Counted from the stretch's first letter, positions 54,966-64,000 are shown. The stretch is 64,000 nucleotides of DNA from an uncultured Candidatus Saccharibacteria bacterium (GCA_964489135.1 CAZAXK010000002.1:25692-89691), one strand, 5' to 3'. Numbers and translations are program-made. Notes: a model not told the origin generated them from the sequence alone.

Positions 54966-56495
54966 ATGTCGTTAAAATTAGCACTACTATTCGCCGCACT
55001 AGCGGCTCTTGTTGGTATCGGCTTCGGATACTTCCTGCGCTGGATAATTTCGCTCGGACAAAGGGGTTCGGTTGAGCTACGCATCAAGCAGATGGAGCTT
55101 CATGCCCGCGAGGAAGCCAAGCGCATAGTCGGAGACGCAGAGAAAAAAGCCGAGGAAACCCTCAACACCGTGAGGGGCGAGCTCAAAGAAAGAGAAGACA
55201 AGGCCCAAAAGACCGAGGATCGACTTATAAAAAAGGAAGAGTTTCTCGACAAAAGACAGCTCGATATCGATAAAGAGATCGAGCAGATCAAGGAAAAGGT
55301 TTCCGAAATAAAGCAGATCAAAGAAAAGGCCGAGAACCTTGAGAAACAGAAGGCCGAAGAGTTGCAGAAAATCGCTCGACTGAGCGCCGATGAAGCCAAA
55401 GAGCTCTTGCTTTCTGACATTCAGAAGAAGCAGGAGGAAGACCTTTTGGTCCGCCTCCAGAAGCTCGAGATACAGGGTGCCGAAAAATTGGAAGAAAAGG
55501 CCAAAAGCATCCTTACCACCTCTATCCACCGCTTTGCGAACTCTGTTTCCTCGGAAGTATTTTCAACCAGTGTCACCATTCCTTCAGATGAAATAAAAGG
55601 CAAGATCATCGGTAAGGAAGGCCGGAACATCAAGGCCTTCGAACGAGCGAGCGGTGTCGAAGTTATCGTTGATGATACACCAGGGGTTATCACCCTTTCT
55701 TCTCATGATCCAGTAAGAAGGCAGGTCGCCAAAGTTGCTCTTGAGAATCTCATCGCCGACGGGCGCATCCAGCCAGCCAAAATCGAGGAGATGGTAGACA
55801 AGGCCAAACAAGAGATCAACAAAATAATGAAAGAGAAGGGCGAACAGGCGGTCTTTGAATGTGGGGTCTTCAACCTCGATCCGCGTATCGTCGGTATCTT
55901 GGGGCGACTGCACTTCCGCACCTCTTATGGCCAAAACGTCCTTCAGCACTCAATCGAGATGTCGCATATTGCTGGCATGATCGCAGCTGAAGTGGGCGCA
56001 AATGTAAACATTGCCAAAGCCGGAGCTCTTTTGCACGATATCGGCAAAGCCGTAGACCACGAAATCCAAGGCACCCATGTAGAAATCGGTAGACGTATCT
56101 TACAAAAATTCGGCGCCGATCCACTCATTGTCAAAGCTATGGAAGCACATCACGGCGAATATCCTTACGAAACACTCGAATCCTTCATCGTCCAAGCAGC
56201 CGACGCCATATCCGGTGCACGTCCAGGGGCCCGCAGAGACAGTGTCGAGAACTATCTGAAACGACTCTCCGAGCTTGAAGGTATAGCCACCTCTTTCAAA
56301 GGTGTCGAGAAGGCCTACGCTCTACAAGCCGGTCGCGAAATTCGCGTCTTTGTAACCCCGGGTGAAGTTAGCGACCTCGAAGCTCGCAACACTGCTCGCG
56401 ACATCGCCGTCCGTATCGAAAACGAACTCAAATACCCAGGCGAAATCCGCGTCATGGTAATCCGCGAATCTAGAACTATCGAATACGCTAGGTAA
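54966..56495 (+). CDS. rny: Ribonuclease Y
   Basis: TM, coiled coil, KH (KGKIIGKEGRNI), HD (LLHDIGKA), ADAISGARPGARR. Confidence 0.98.
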   Translation: MSLKLALLFAALAALVGIGFGYFLRWIISLGQRGSVELRIKQMELHAREEAKRIVGDAEKKAEETLNTVRGELKEREDKAQKTEDRLIKKEEFLDKRQLDIDKEIEQIKEKVSEIKQIKEKAENLEKQKAEELQKIARLSADEAKELLLSDIQKKQEEDLLVRLQKLEIQGAEKLEEKAKSILTTSIHRFANSVSSEVFSTSVTIPSDEIKGKIIGKEGRNIKAFERASGVEVIVDDTPGVITLSSHDPVRRQVAKVALENLIADGRIQPAKIEEMVDKAKQEINKIMKEKGEQAVFECGVFNLDPRIVGILGRLHFRTSYGQNVLQHSIEMSHIAGMIAAEVGANVNIAKAGALLHDIGKAVDHEIQGTHVEIGRRILQKFGADPLIVKAMEAHHGEYPYETLESFIVQAADAISGARPGARRDSVENYLKRLSELEGIATSFKGVEKAYALQAGREIRVFVTPGEVSDLEARNTARDIAVRIENELKYPGEIRVMVIRESRTIEYAR

Positions 56496-57924
56496 GCAAA
56501 TATTCTTTGTTGGCTTCGGGGTAGATTGCCTCGACTCCGACGTAGTCGCGCACGCGCTGAGCGAGAAAGAGCGACGCCTTGGGCTCACCCATGCAAACAA
56601 AAACTTTCTTGAGCTTGGGGTTCTCTTGCTGTTCTTTTCCCCTCGCCTTCGCAACCTGCCTCGCCGGCAAGGCGGGGGAAGGGTCTAGGGGTGAGGTCGA
56701 AATTTTTTCGACAAACTCCACCAAATGCTCCGAATCCTTATGTGCGCTGTAGCCCTGCACACTCTCGATCTCCGCGCGTACTTTTATTCTTTGTCCCTTG
56801 ATCTCTACTTCCTTGTCGCCATCGAGTAACCTCCTACCCAAGGTCCCGACCGGCTGATAGCCGGCTAAGATGATCATGTTTTTAGGATCGCCAAGCGCAC
56901 TCGCCTCATGGTCGAGCACCCTCCCCCCTTCCGACATTCCACTTCCGGCCATAACTATTTTGGGTCCCGATATCCTGTCTATCCCGACGCTCTCTTGGTG
57001 AGAATGGGTAATCTTGAGTTTGGGAAAATCGAAAATATTGTCGCCAGATTTTATTTCATCCTGAATCGCCTGATTAAAGAGATGAGTCGAATTCTTATAA
57101 ATCTCGGTAACCTTGCTAGCGAGCGGAGAATCGAGGAAGACCGGCACACTTTCTATCTCTCCGTCTTCCACCATATTGTTTAGTTCATAAAGAAGCACCT
57201 GCGTCCTTTCGACCGCAAAAGCGGGAATAACGACTTCGCCACCCCTCTTTATAGTCTTGTTGATCAAATCTTTGAGCTTGTTCCTCCGCTCTATTTTGCT
57301 TTCGTGATTGCGGTCGCCATAGACACTTTCCATAACCATATAATCAACCCCGCTCACCTCTTCTGTGTCTCGGAGCAAGGGCGAGGGCGAATTGCCCAAG
57401 TCTCCGGTGAAGAGTATTTTTTTACCCTCCACTTCTACCTCGATCATGCTCGAGCCCAAAATATGCCCTGCGTCGCGGAAGGTCACTTTGGTACCCTCGA
57501 GTTCAAAGCTCTCGCCATATTGGTGTACTTGCCACATATTGAGAGCTTTATCGATATGCGCTTCTTCATAAAGAATCCTCGAGACCCCCGATTTCTCCTC
57601 CTTACCAATCATTATTTTATACGCATCGCGTAGTAGCGGTTCGGCGAGCCGCCTTGTTTCTGGGGTCGAATATATCTTGCCCGCGAAGCCATCTTTGACG
57701 AGTTTGGGGATACGCCCAATATGATCCATATGCGCGTGAGTGACAAGAAGAGCATCTACACCGCTCGGATCATAAGCGAAATTTTCGGCGTTTTTTACAT
57801 CGGCATCCTTCTTGCCCTGCAAGAGCCCACAATCCACCAAAATCTTTGGACCCCAATCAAGCAAGAAGTTTGCGCCAGTAGTCGCCCCCACCCCTCCATA
57901 AAAAGTTAAACTAATTTTTTGCAT
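56488..57924 (-). CDS. MBL-fold beta-CASP ribonuclease
   Basis: THAHMDHIG, AGHILGS, FTGDLG, MESVYGDR, AGSGMSEGGR, YSAHKD. Confidence 0.92.
   Translation of the reverse strand: MQKISLTFYGGVGATTGANFLLDWGPKILVDCGLLQGKKDADVKNAENFAYDPSGVDALLVTHAHMDHIGRIPKLVKDGFAGKIYSTPETRRLAEPLLRDAYKIMIGKEEKSGVSRILYEEAHIDKALNMWQVHQYGESFELEGTKVTFRDAGHILGSSMIEVEVEGKKILFTGDLGNSPSPLLRDTEEVSGVDYMVMESVYGDRNHESKIERRNKLKDLINKTIKRGGEVVIPAFAVERTQVLLYELNNMVEDGEIESVPVFLDSPLASKVTEIYKNSTHLFNQAIQDEIKSGDNIFDFPKLKITHSHQESVGIDRISGPKIVMAGSGMSEGGRVLDHEASALGDPKNMIILAGYQPVGTLGRRLLDGDKEVEIKGQRIKVRAEIESVQGYSAHKDSEHLVEFVEKISTSPLDPSPALPARQVAKARGKEQQENPKLKKVFVCMGEPKASLFLAQRVRDYVGVEAIYPEANKEYLLT
56639..56699 (-). repeat. Modular palindromic repeat inside the beta-CASP CDS
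   Basis: 59/61 identical to 28597-28657; translated within STSPLDPSPALPARQVAKARGK. Confidence 0.95.
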
Positions 57925-57925
57925 C

Positions 57926-58339
57926 TTATTTTATTTCTCCGCTAGAAATTTCTCTCGCATAACCAAAGAGGCAGATCGCTAAAGCCCCGAGTGTGTCCAT
58001 AATTAGGTCGAGTGTGGTATCGAATAGGTATTGGTTTTTCTGTAGCTTAGCTTCGCCTAGCACCAATTCGTATATCTCCCAAGAAAAGCCCACCAGAGCA
58101 ACCCCCAAAAGCGCAATCAGAATAAAATGCCGAAAGTGGCGCTTCTCCGGGGCGAAAAATCCCGAAAAGAAGTAGATCCAAAGAAAGAAACTCCCTACCA
58201 GAGCCCCGCCCAAAAAGTGCATCATCGAATCAAACCAGTTGTATTTCCAATACAGGTCAGACTGGAGCGCCCAGAGATTGAGAGACCCAACAATGGCGGA
58301 CAAAAAAAAGAATTCCTTAAAAAGCTTTTGGCGTAACAT
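57926..58339 (-). CDS. Membrane protein (VanZ/DUF2238-like)
   Basis: WFDSMMHFLGG, WEIYE, DTTLDLIMD..G across 4 TM helices. Confidence 0.7.
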   Translation of the reverse strand: MLRQKLFKEFFFLSAIVGSLNLWALQSDLYWKYNWFDSMMHFLGGALVGSFFLWIYFFSGFFAPEKRHFRHFILIALLGVALVGFSWEIYELVLGEAKLQKNQYLFDTTLDLIMDTLGALAICLFGYAREISSGEIK

Positions 58340-58387
58340 AATTGATATATTATCATCCGAAGGGTCTTAAATCTACCGGTCAGAAGC

Positions 58388-58419
58388 AAGCAAAAACCGC
58401 CAAAAGGCGGTTTTTGCTT
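58388..58419. terminator. Strong bidirectional hairpin
   Basis: AAGCAAAAACCGCC-AAAA-GGCGGTTTTTGCTT. Confidence 0.8.
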
Positions 58420-58420
58420 C

Positions 58421-58574
58421 GGACTACCCAGAGTAATTCCCTAATTGTTTAGATTAAGGTGGGTGACCGCAAAAGGATTCGTCAGAATGATTTCAGTTAT
58501 GAAAGCTCTCATCGGAAACCTAAAATATGAGTCTCCCAAAATATGTTCAATCTAGAAAATACCCGAGTAATCCT
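58421..58574 (-). ncRNA. Putative independently transcribed rod-like ncRNA (about 154 nt)
   Basis: TGATATAAT directly upstream, terminator directly downstream, nested helices between the 5' and 3' halves. Confidence 0.55.
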
Positions 58575-58662
58575 GCCCCTATTATATCACCCCGTTGTGA
58601 ATTTTGGCATCGGCTTCGCCCTGCACAAAGTGCTATGCCCAAATCTAGTACGGAGCAACACG

Positions 58663-58691
58663 TTGACATGATTAGTCATTCATGCTATAAT
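58663..58691 (+). promoter_or_regulatory. Consensus sigma70 promoter
   Basis: TTGACA-17 nt-TATAAT with TGn, 8 nt before ATG 58700. Confidence 0.8.
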
Positions 58692-58699
58692 ATATACAG

Positions 58700-59209
58700 A
58701 TGGACCTAACAACTCACCACTCGTATGCAAAGGCGCGCCGCGCCGCCATTGGGGAGAAAGTCCTTTTCGGACTGGCTCTCACAATTGCGGAAGGTTTTTG
58801 TGTCATCTGGGCGAAGCTGCCCACCAAGGGGCTTGCCACAGACGCATTCGTGCCAATATTTTTCGTTGTCATCGTTCCCGCGCTCCTTTTTCTCGGGGCG
58901 AATGGGGTCTGGAAGCTGTGGGCCTTGGACCCGCGACAGCCCGCGTTCGACAACATCCGTCGCGATTTCCAGGAGGCGGAAAACCTCCTCGCCCAGAGAG
59001 AGGAAACTCCAGAGGCATACCTTTGCCGGACAGCCAACGAGATATTTTCCATCGAAAGGGAGGTGGAAAAAATTTCGGGGACCCATCGAGGAGAGATTCT
59101 CCTCATGGTCCACAACAACAGAAAGATCCCATGGTTTAACGAGAGGGATCTACTGATCCGGTGCGGGCTAATCGAGGCCGCCTCCAAGGTGGCCAGGATC
59201 CTTGGATAA
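58700..59209 (+). CDS. Orphan membrane protein (2 TM helices)
   Basis: Framed by a consensus promoter and a terminator; two hydrophobic helices. Confidence 0.65.
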   Translation: MDLTTHHSYAKARRAAIGEKVLFGLALTIAEGFCVIWAKLPTKGLATDAFVPIFFVVIVPALLFLGANGVWKLWALDPRQPAFDNIRRDFQEAENLLAQREETPEAYLCRTANEIFSIEREVEKISGTHRGEILLMVHNNRKIPWFNERDLLIRCGLIEAASKVARILG

Positions 59210-59214
59210 AACTT

Positions 59215-59247
59215 AAAGCCCCCGAGCGCGTAGCGCGAGGGGGCTTT
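59215..59247. terminator. Hairpin between the orphan gene and ndk
   Basis: AAAGCCCCC...GGGGGCTTT inverted repeat. Confidence 0.65.
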
Positions 59248-59291
59248 GCATTTTCCACAAATCGACAGGAAGGTTAACCGAAAGAAAAAAA

Positions 59292-59876
59292 TTACTCATC
59301 GACGCCGAAGCGTTTGTAGTCGAAGGGCTTGAAGCTTTCGCCAAACCAGTGCTGTATTTCGTGTTCGGCTTCGGCGGGAGTTTCCGAGCAGTGCATGATG
59401 TTCATAACCGCGCGCTTTTCTTTGTTGGCTATTGCTGGCGAATCGATCGAGAAGTCGCCTCGGATAGTGCCCATATCGGCAAGGTACGGCAAGGTAGGGC
59501 CTGCAATCTTGCGGACGACATCAACTGCATGGGTGCCTTGTACCACCATCTTGACTAGAGGCGCCGAGATCATATAGCTAATGAGCCACTTACGAATTTC
59601 TGGGCCTATCTCCGCTGGATCTTCGGTGCCAAAGTCAGCCACCGCGTCGAAACCATATTTCTGGTAAGTCGACATGGTTTTCTCCCCCAGTCGAGTGATC
59701 CATTCCTTATTTTTCGGATAATGATTGTCGATAAGGTCGTGAGTAGGGGTAAACATCTCGAGCGCAACGATCTTGAGATCACGCTGTTCGAAGCGCTTGA
59801 TAACTTCGCCTATAAGCCCCTTCCTCACCCCATCCGGCTTGAGCATTACATAAGTCCTCTCTTCTTTTGGATTCAT
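59292..59876 (-). CDS. ndk: Nucleoside diphosphate kinase
   Basis: ERTYVMLKPDGV, GTIRGDF, NIMHCSE. Confidence 0.95.
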   Translation of the reverse strand: MNPKEERTYVMLKPDGVRKGLIGEVIKRFEQRDLKIVALEMFTPTHDLIDNHYPKNKEWITRLGEKTMSTYQKYGFDAVADFGTEDPAEIGPEIRKWLISYMISAPLVKMVVQGTHAVDVVRKIAGPTLPYLADMGTIRGDFSIDSPAIANKEKRAVMNIMHCSETPAEAEHEIQHWFGESFKPFDYKRFGVDE

Positions 59877-59903
59877 CTTTAAAAAAATAAACGATTAATA
59901 ATT

Positions 59904-60668
59904 TTATTGGGTCAAGACAACGATACCTTCGGCAGTGACCGCCACGGTATGCTCGAAATGTGCCGAGAGCGATTTGTCGCGGGTCACAAAGGTGTAGCCG
60001 TCGGAAAGGCGTTTTATATGGCGACTGCCCAAGGTAAACATCGGTTCGATCGCAATGACCATCCCCACCCTGAGCTCTGGACCTTCGCCTCTTTCGGCCC
60101 TATTCGGCACAAAGGGCTCCTCATGTACGCTGTAGCCAACTCCGTGGCCCGACAGGCCCTCGACAATCCCAAGATTGTATTTGACCGCAACCTCCATGAT
60201 CGCTGCCCCGATGTCGCCCACATGTCCCCGCACTCGCATGGCCTTTATGCCTTTATCCAGTGCTTCCTCTGTGGCCTTCATGAGCTCGGCTGTGCGCTCT
60301 TCTATTTTTCCTACCGACACAGTGATCGCCGCGTCAGTAATGAGCCCTTTATAGGTGAGACCGAGGTCAAGGGTTACGATATCGCCCTCAAAAATCATTT
60401 TGTCGTCTGGAATGCCGTGCACAATTTCCTCGTTGATCGAAACACAAAGCGAAGCTGGGTACGGCTTCTTCGCGTCGGCCGGCTGATAACCCAAAAAGGA
60501 GGCACTTCCCCCCGCTTCATCGATAAGCTTTTCGGCATAGTCGTTGAGCTCTCTTGTCTTGACTCCCGCCTTCACCTTCTTTGCGACTTCATGCAAAATC
60601 CGAGCGTGGATCTTACCACCCTCCTTCATAATTTCTATTTCTTCGGCTGTTTTGTATCTAATTCCCAT
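59904..60668 (-). CDS. map: Methionine aminopeptidase type I
   Basis: SINEEIVHGIP, DLG..TDAA, GHGVG..VHEEP, AIEPM, AHFEHT. Confidence 0.97.
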   Translation of the reverse strand: MGIRYKTAEEIEIMKEGGKIHARILHEVAKKVKAGVKTRELNDYAEKLIDEAGGSASFLGYQPADAKKPYPASLCVSINEEIVHGIPDDKMIFEGDIVTLDLGLTYKGLITDAAITVSVGKIEERTAELMKATEEALDKGIKAMRVRGHVGDIGAAIMEVAVKYNLGIVEGLSGHGVGYSVHEEPFVPNRAERGEGPELRVGMVIAIEPMFTLGSRHIKRLSDGYTFVTRDKSLSAHFEHTVAVTAEGIVVLTQ

Positions 60669-60671
60669 AAG

Positions 60672-61265
60672 TTAGTTGAGACCGGTTTTGGCCAAAATTT
60701 CTTGGTGGACCTGCTCGATCTCCTGCTCACCATTGATCGAGACAAATTGGTAGTAAGGATTATCTTTGAAATATTCAAGTACGGGCACCACGTTTTCGTC
60801 GTACCAATTAAGTCGAGCTTCGATATCGATCTTGTTGTCATCGCTTCGACCTCGATTGCGCAATCTGTCCCCCGCCCACTCTCTCGAAACATCGATCGAG
60901 ATGACGAAGGGCTTCTCTCTTTTGTAGAACTTCATGGCCGAGTCAAGTATGAGCGCCTCGTGCGGCCGCCTCGAGAGTCCGTCGAGTACCATGTGCTCAT
61001 TGCCGTCCATATGCCTTACTAGATATTCCGACCAAATCCATATTGGCAAAAACTCCGGCAAGAGCCCGCCCTGTTCCATCACCCCCTTCACCAGTTTTGA
61101 AGTATAGGACGCCTCGGTCGAAAACTCTCTAAACTTTTGACCAGTTTCTAGATAGAGAACTCGTTTTTGAGAATCGAGTTTCTGCAGAGCTTCGATCAGG
61201 AACTTGGCTTGGGTGCCTTTGCCACAGCCCGAGCGTCCAAAAAATATAAAAGTTTTAGGATTCAT
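60672..61265 (-). CDS. adk: Adenylate / nucleoside monophosphate kinase (short, no large LID)
   Basis: GRSGCGKGTQA, LDGLSR, RGRSDD; secY-adk-map order. Confidence 0.88.
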   Translation of the reverse strand: MNPKTFIFFGRSGCGKGTQAKFLIEALQKLDSQKRVLYLETGQKFREFSTEASYTSKLVKGVMEQGGLLPEFLPIWIWSEYLVRHMDGNEHMVLDGLSRRPHEALILDSAMKFYKREKPFVISIDVSREWAGDRLRNRGRSDDNKIDIEARLNWYDENVVPVLEYFKDNPYYQFVSINGEQEIEQVHQEILAKTGLN

Positions 61266-61366
61266 TTAGATAGTATTATGCGATAAGTATTATGTATACA
61301 GGATAAGGCAAAACCTGCGCTTTTACCACACCCCATAAAGGCAACCAGGTAATACTGGGTAAACTT

Positions 61367-62635
61367 TTAGTATTCCTGAGCGGAAACTTGAGCATCAACC
61401 TTCTTGATAAGGTCGATCACGACGGAGACGACGATGAGAAGGCCTGTACCACCGATAGCGACTGCGCTAATACCAGTGATGAGGCGCAATACCAAAGGCA
61501 ACACGGCGATAAGTCCGAGGAAGAGCGCACCGACGGCCGTCAGGCGGAACAAAGTTTTCGCGATATGAGCCGAAGTCGAAACTCCCGGTCTAACCCCCGG
61601 TATAAAGGCGCCACTCCTCTGCAAATTTTTCGATATTGAATCCGGATCAAAGGTGATAGCAGTGTAGAAGTAGGTAAAGACAAAAACGAGCAAGAAGTAC
61701 AAAATGGCGTAGAGCACTTGGTTGGTCAAAACGCTGAGCACGAATGCTGAAATTTTCTGAACAATTTCATTATTTACCTTAGAAAGAAATTGCACGATCA
61801 TCTGCGGGAAAAGCAGGATCGACATCGCAAAGATGATCGGTATAACTCCGGCCTGATTGACCCGAAGCGGCAAATAAGTCGAAGTCCCGCCATAAACCTT
61901 GTTGCCCCTCACTTGCTTCGCGTAAGTTACCGGTATCGGTCTTTCCGCTTCAGTGATTATAACCACGCCCCAAATAACTAGAGCACCAACGACTAGGAAT
62001 CCGATATAAGAAGGTAGAAGCGAAGGATCAAAGGTGAGCCACAGACGGCTCAAAGCTGCGGGCAACGCCGCAATAATGCCGGCAAAAATGATTATGGAAA
62101 CACCGTTGCCCACCCCAAACTCGCTCACAAGCTCGCCGAGCCACATGAGTAGGAGAGATCCGGCGGTAATAACGATGAGGTTGGTCGCAAGCGCAAATGG
62201 AGAAAGGTGAGGCAATACTCCCTGATTCTGCAGGAGGGCCATAAAGCCGAATCCCTGAATAAGGGCGAGCGGTACTGTAAGGAGCCGAGAATATTGGCTG
62301 AATTTTCTTCTGCCCGCCTCCCCTTCCTCCTGATACATCTCCTTCAACTTTGGGAACATGATGGTCAAAAGTTGCATGATGATCGAAGCGGTGATGTATG
62401 GACCGACGCCAAGCATTATTATCGAAAGATTAGAAAGTCCACCACCCGAAAAGATATTCAAAAGACCCAAAAAGTCGTTGCTCGAGAAGAACTGCTCCAA
62501 GCGCAAGATATCAATACCAGGGATTGGGATAACGGCGAGTCCGCGGAAAATAGCGAGCACTGCCAAAGTAAAGACAATCCTGTTTCTCAGGGCTTTGTCT
62601 CCAAAAACAAGCTTTAATTTGTGAGTCAGATTCAT
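61367..62635 (-). CDS. secY: Preprotein translocase subunit SecY
   Basis: LGVGPYITASIIMQLL, GNGVSIIIF, AGVIPIIFA, FIPGVRPG, GGTGLLIVV. Confidence 0.98.
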   Translation of the reverse strand: MNLTHKLKLVFGDKALRNRIVFTLAVLAIFRGLAVIPIPGIDILRLEQFFSSNDFLGLLNIFSGGGLSNLSIIMLGVGPYITASIIMQLLTIMFPKLKEMYQEEGEAGRRKFSQYSRLLTVPLALIQGFGFMALLQNQGVLPHLSPFALATNLIVITAGSLLLMWLGELVSEFGVGNGVSIIIFAGIIAALPAALSRLWLTFDPSLLPSYIGFLVVGALVIWGVVIITEAERPIPVTYAKQVRGNKVYGGTSTYLPLRVNQAGVIPIIFAMSILLFPQMIVQFLSKVNNEIVQKISAFVLSVLTNQVLYAILYFLLVFVFTYFYTAITFDPDSISKNLQRSGAFIPGVRPGVSTSAHIAKTLFRLTAVGALFLGLIAVLPLVLRLITGISAVAIGGTGLLIVVSVVIDLIKKVDAQVSAQEY

Positions 62636-62667
62636 TTCTTGTTTTTACTTACGAATATTGTCTCGAA

Positions 62668-63108
62668 CTAAACTATTTTTCCGCCGGCGAGCTCTACCGC
62701 TTCTTTGGCACTCTTGGAAACCGCGAGCTTTTCTAGAGTGAGTGCTTTGGTAAGAGGCCCGACACCCAAGATCTTCGGCTTCATTATTTTACCATTCAGC
62801 TTGCGCAAAAGCCCTTTCTCCAACAAAGAAGACATATTGACCACTTCTCCCTTATTGAATACTGCTTCCAAGCTAGCGATGTTTATAGCTACCGACTTCT
62901 CTTGAATTGATTTGAGGAAATTCTTGCCGCGACCACGGAGCTTAGGCAACTTCTTGATAAAGTCGCGCATTTCTGGGCGCTTCTTGCGACCGGAGCGAGC
63001 GTTCTGACCCTTGGTCCCGCGGCCGGAGGTCTTGCCTCGGCTACCGCCACGACCAACTTGCTTGGCCTTTCTGTTTGATTTATTTCTTTTTAGATTATGG
63101 AACTGCAT
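62668..63108 (-). CDS. rplO: 50S ribosomal protein L15
   Basis: VGRG..RGKTSGRGTKGQNARSG, KILG.G, AGG. Confidence 0.96.
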   Translation of the reverse strand: MQFHNLKRNKSNRKAKQVGRGGSRGKTSGRGTKGQNARSGRKKRPEMRDFIKKLPKLRGRGKNFLKSIQEKSVAINIASLEAVFNKGEVVNMSSLLEKGLLRKLNGKIMKPKILGVGPLTKALTLEKLAVSKSAKEAVELAGGKIV

Positions 63109-63124
63109 GATGGCATTTTTGCAA

Positions 63125-63748
63125 TTAAACTTGTTTCTCAGACTTTATATTTCGAAGCTTCTGCAAGGCGATAACTGTAGCCCTTGCATTGTTGAGCTTG
63201 TTCTTCGAGCGCGAAAGGAACTTGGCCGAAACTTCCTTGATACCAGCAAGCTCGAGTATGATACGAGCCGAGCTACCCGCGACTACTCCCTTGCCAGGAG
63301 CCGGTGCGATCATGATACGAGAGCTCGCGTACTTGGCCTCTACGGGGTGAGCAATGCTTGCACCTTTCATTGGGATGGTAACGATAGATTTCTTGGCCTC
63401 TCTTACCGCCTTTTCGACAGCGATCGGTGTATCACCAGCTTTGCCAAGTCCTACTCCGACGCGGCCCTTCTTGTCGCCGATTGCTACTGCGACGCTAAAG
63501 CTAAATCGTCGGCCTCCAGCCACGACACGAGTCACGCGTCTGACGCTCAAAAGCTTTTGGTCGAACTCTTGCCTTGCCCTTTCTGGTCGTCGAGATGGCT
63601 TGCGTTCATTGCGCCTTCGATCGTTCTTCTTGAAGTCGCGAGCTCCTACCACCGGCTTAACAGGTTCTTTGGTTTCGGCTGGAGCAGGCGCTTCGGCTAC
63701 AACCGGCTCAGCTACTTCGTTTATTTCTTTTTCCTCGTTATTATCCAT
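63125..63748 (-). CDS. rpsE: 30S ribosomal protein S5
   Basis: RVTRVVAGGRRFSF, GDKKGRVG.G.GK, PAPGKGVVAG. Confidence 0.97.
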   Translation of the reverse strand: MDNNEEKEINEVAEPVVAEAPAPAETKEPVKPVVGARDFKKNDRRRNERKPSRRPERARQEFDQKLLSVRRVTRVVAGGRRFSFSVAVAIGDKKGRVGVGLGKAGDTPIAVEKAVREAKKSIVTIPMKGASIAHPVEAKYASSRIMIAPAPGKGVVAGSSARIILELAGIKEVSAKFLSRSKNKLNNARATVIALQKLRNIKSEKQV

Positions 63749-63754
63749 TTGTTT

Positions 63755-64000
63755 TTAAAATTTTAATCCGGCCTTCCTTGCCCCTTCAGCAAGCGCCTGT
63801 ATCGAACCTACATAAATATAGCCACCGCGGTCGAAGACTACCTTTTCGATCTTTTTCTCCTTGGCCTGCTTAGCAAGATCAGCACCCACCTCTTCGGCGC
63901 GCTCGCGCATGGTCTTTGCCTTCATATTTTGCGAAGTCGAGGCGCACAAAGTTTTGCCCGAAATATCGTCTATGATCTGAGCCGAGATGTAGCGATTCGA
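63755..64000 (-). CDS. rplR: 50S ribosomal protein L18, C-terminal part (runs off window end)
   Basis: SNRYISAQIIDD (read manually), VVFDRGGY.Y.G, AR.AGLKF. Confidence 0.95.
   Translation of the reverse strand, partial: SNRYISAQIIDDISGKTLCASTSQNMKAKTMRERAEEVGADLAKQAKEKKIEKVVFDRGGYIYVGSIQALAEGARKAGLKF

Noticed and set aside
58706-59187. Four alternative overlapping ORFs over the orphan gene
   Set aside because: Only 58700-59209 fits the promoter and terminator; high GC explains the other open frames
59907-61022. 371-aa plus-strand ORF
   Set aside because: Antisense shadow of map and adk with no recognisable motifs
61266-61366. Possible RNA element between secY and adk
   Set aside because: Only a short CCAG/CTGG stem; no convincing structure or known motif

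Overview
Genome-core window of a small-genome bacterium, most likely Patescibacteria (CPR), Parcubacteria-like. This is inferred from rpmD missing between rpsE and rplO, rplA missing after rplK, a trigger factor without its FKBP domain, a type IV pilus/ComF locus without a secretin, and few Shine-Dalgarno sites. TGA is used as a stop codon. In order, the window holds: a T4P operon plus comF (1-6.8 kb); a LIV-type ABC transporter locus with seven divergent substrate-binding proteins, five in a tandem array joined by near-identical junction repeats (6.8-20 kb); three separated fragments of the S10/spc ribosomal superoperon; a thymidylate/folate island with extra HIT, cytidylyltransferase-family and exonuclease genes (25.4-31.9 kb); secE-nusG-rplK; a four-gene two-component cassette; tRNA-His and tRNA-Leu; tuf, nusA, ppa, tig, clpP, rny, ndk, map, adk and secY. 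Non-coding signals include a modular palindromic repeat family that has also inserted in frame into a protein, period-7 repeats, two long rod-like RNA candidates (before rny and at 58.4-58.6 kb) and a 28-codon ORF with its own promoter, SD and terminator. No transposase, integrase, CRISPR array or reverse transcriptase was seen. All alignments and base pairings were done by eye.
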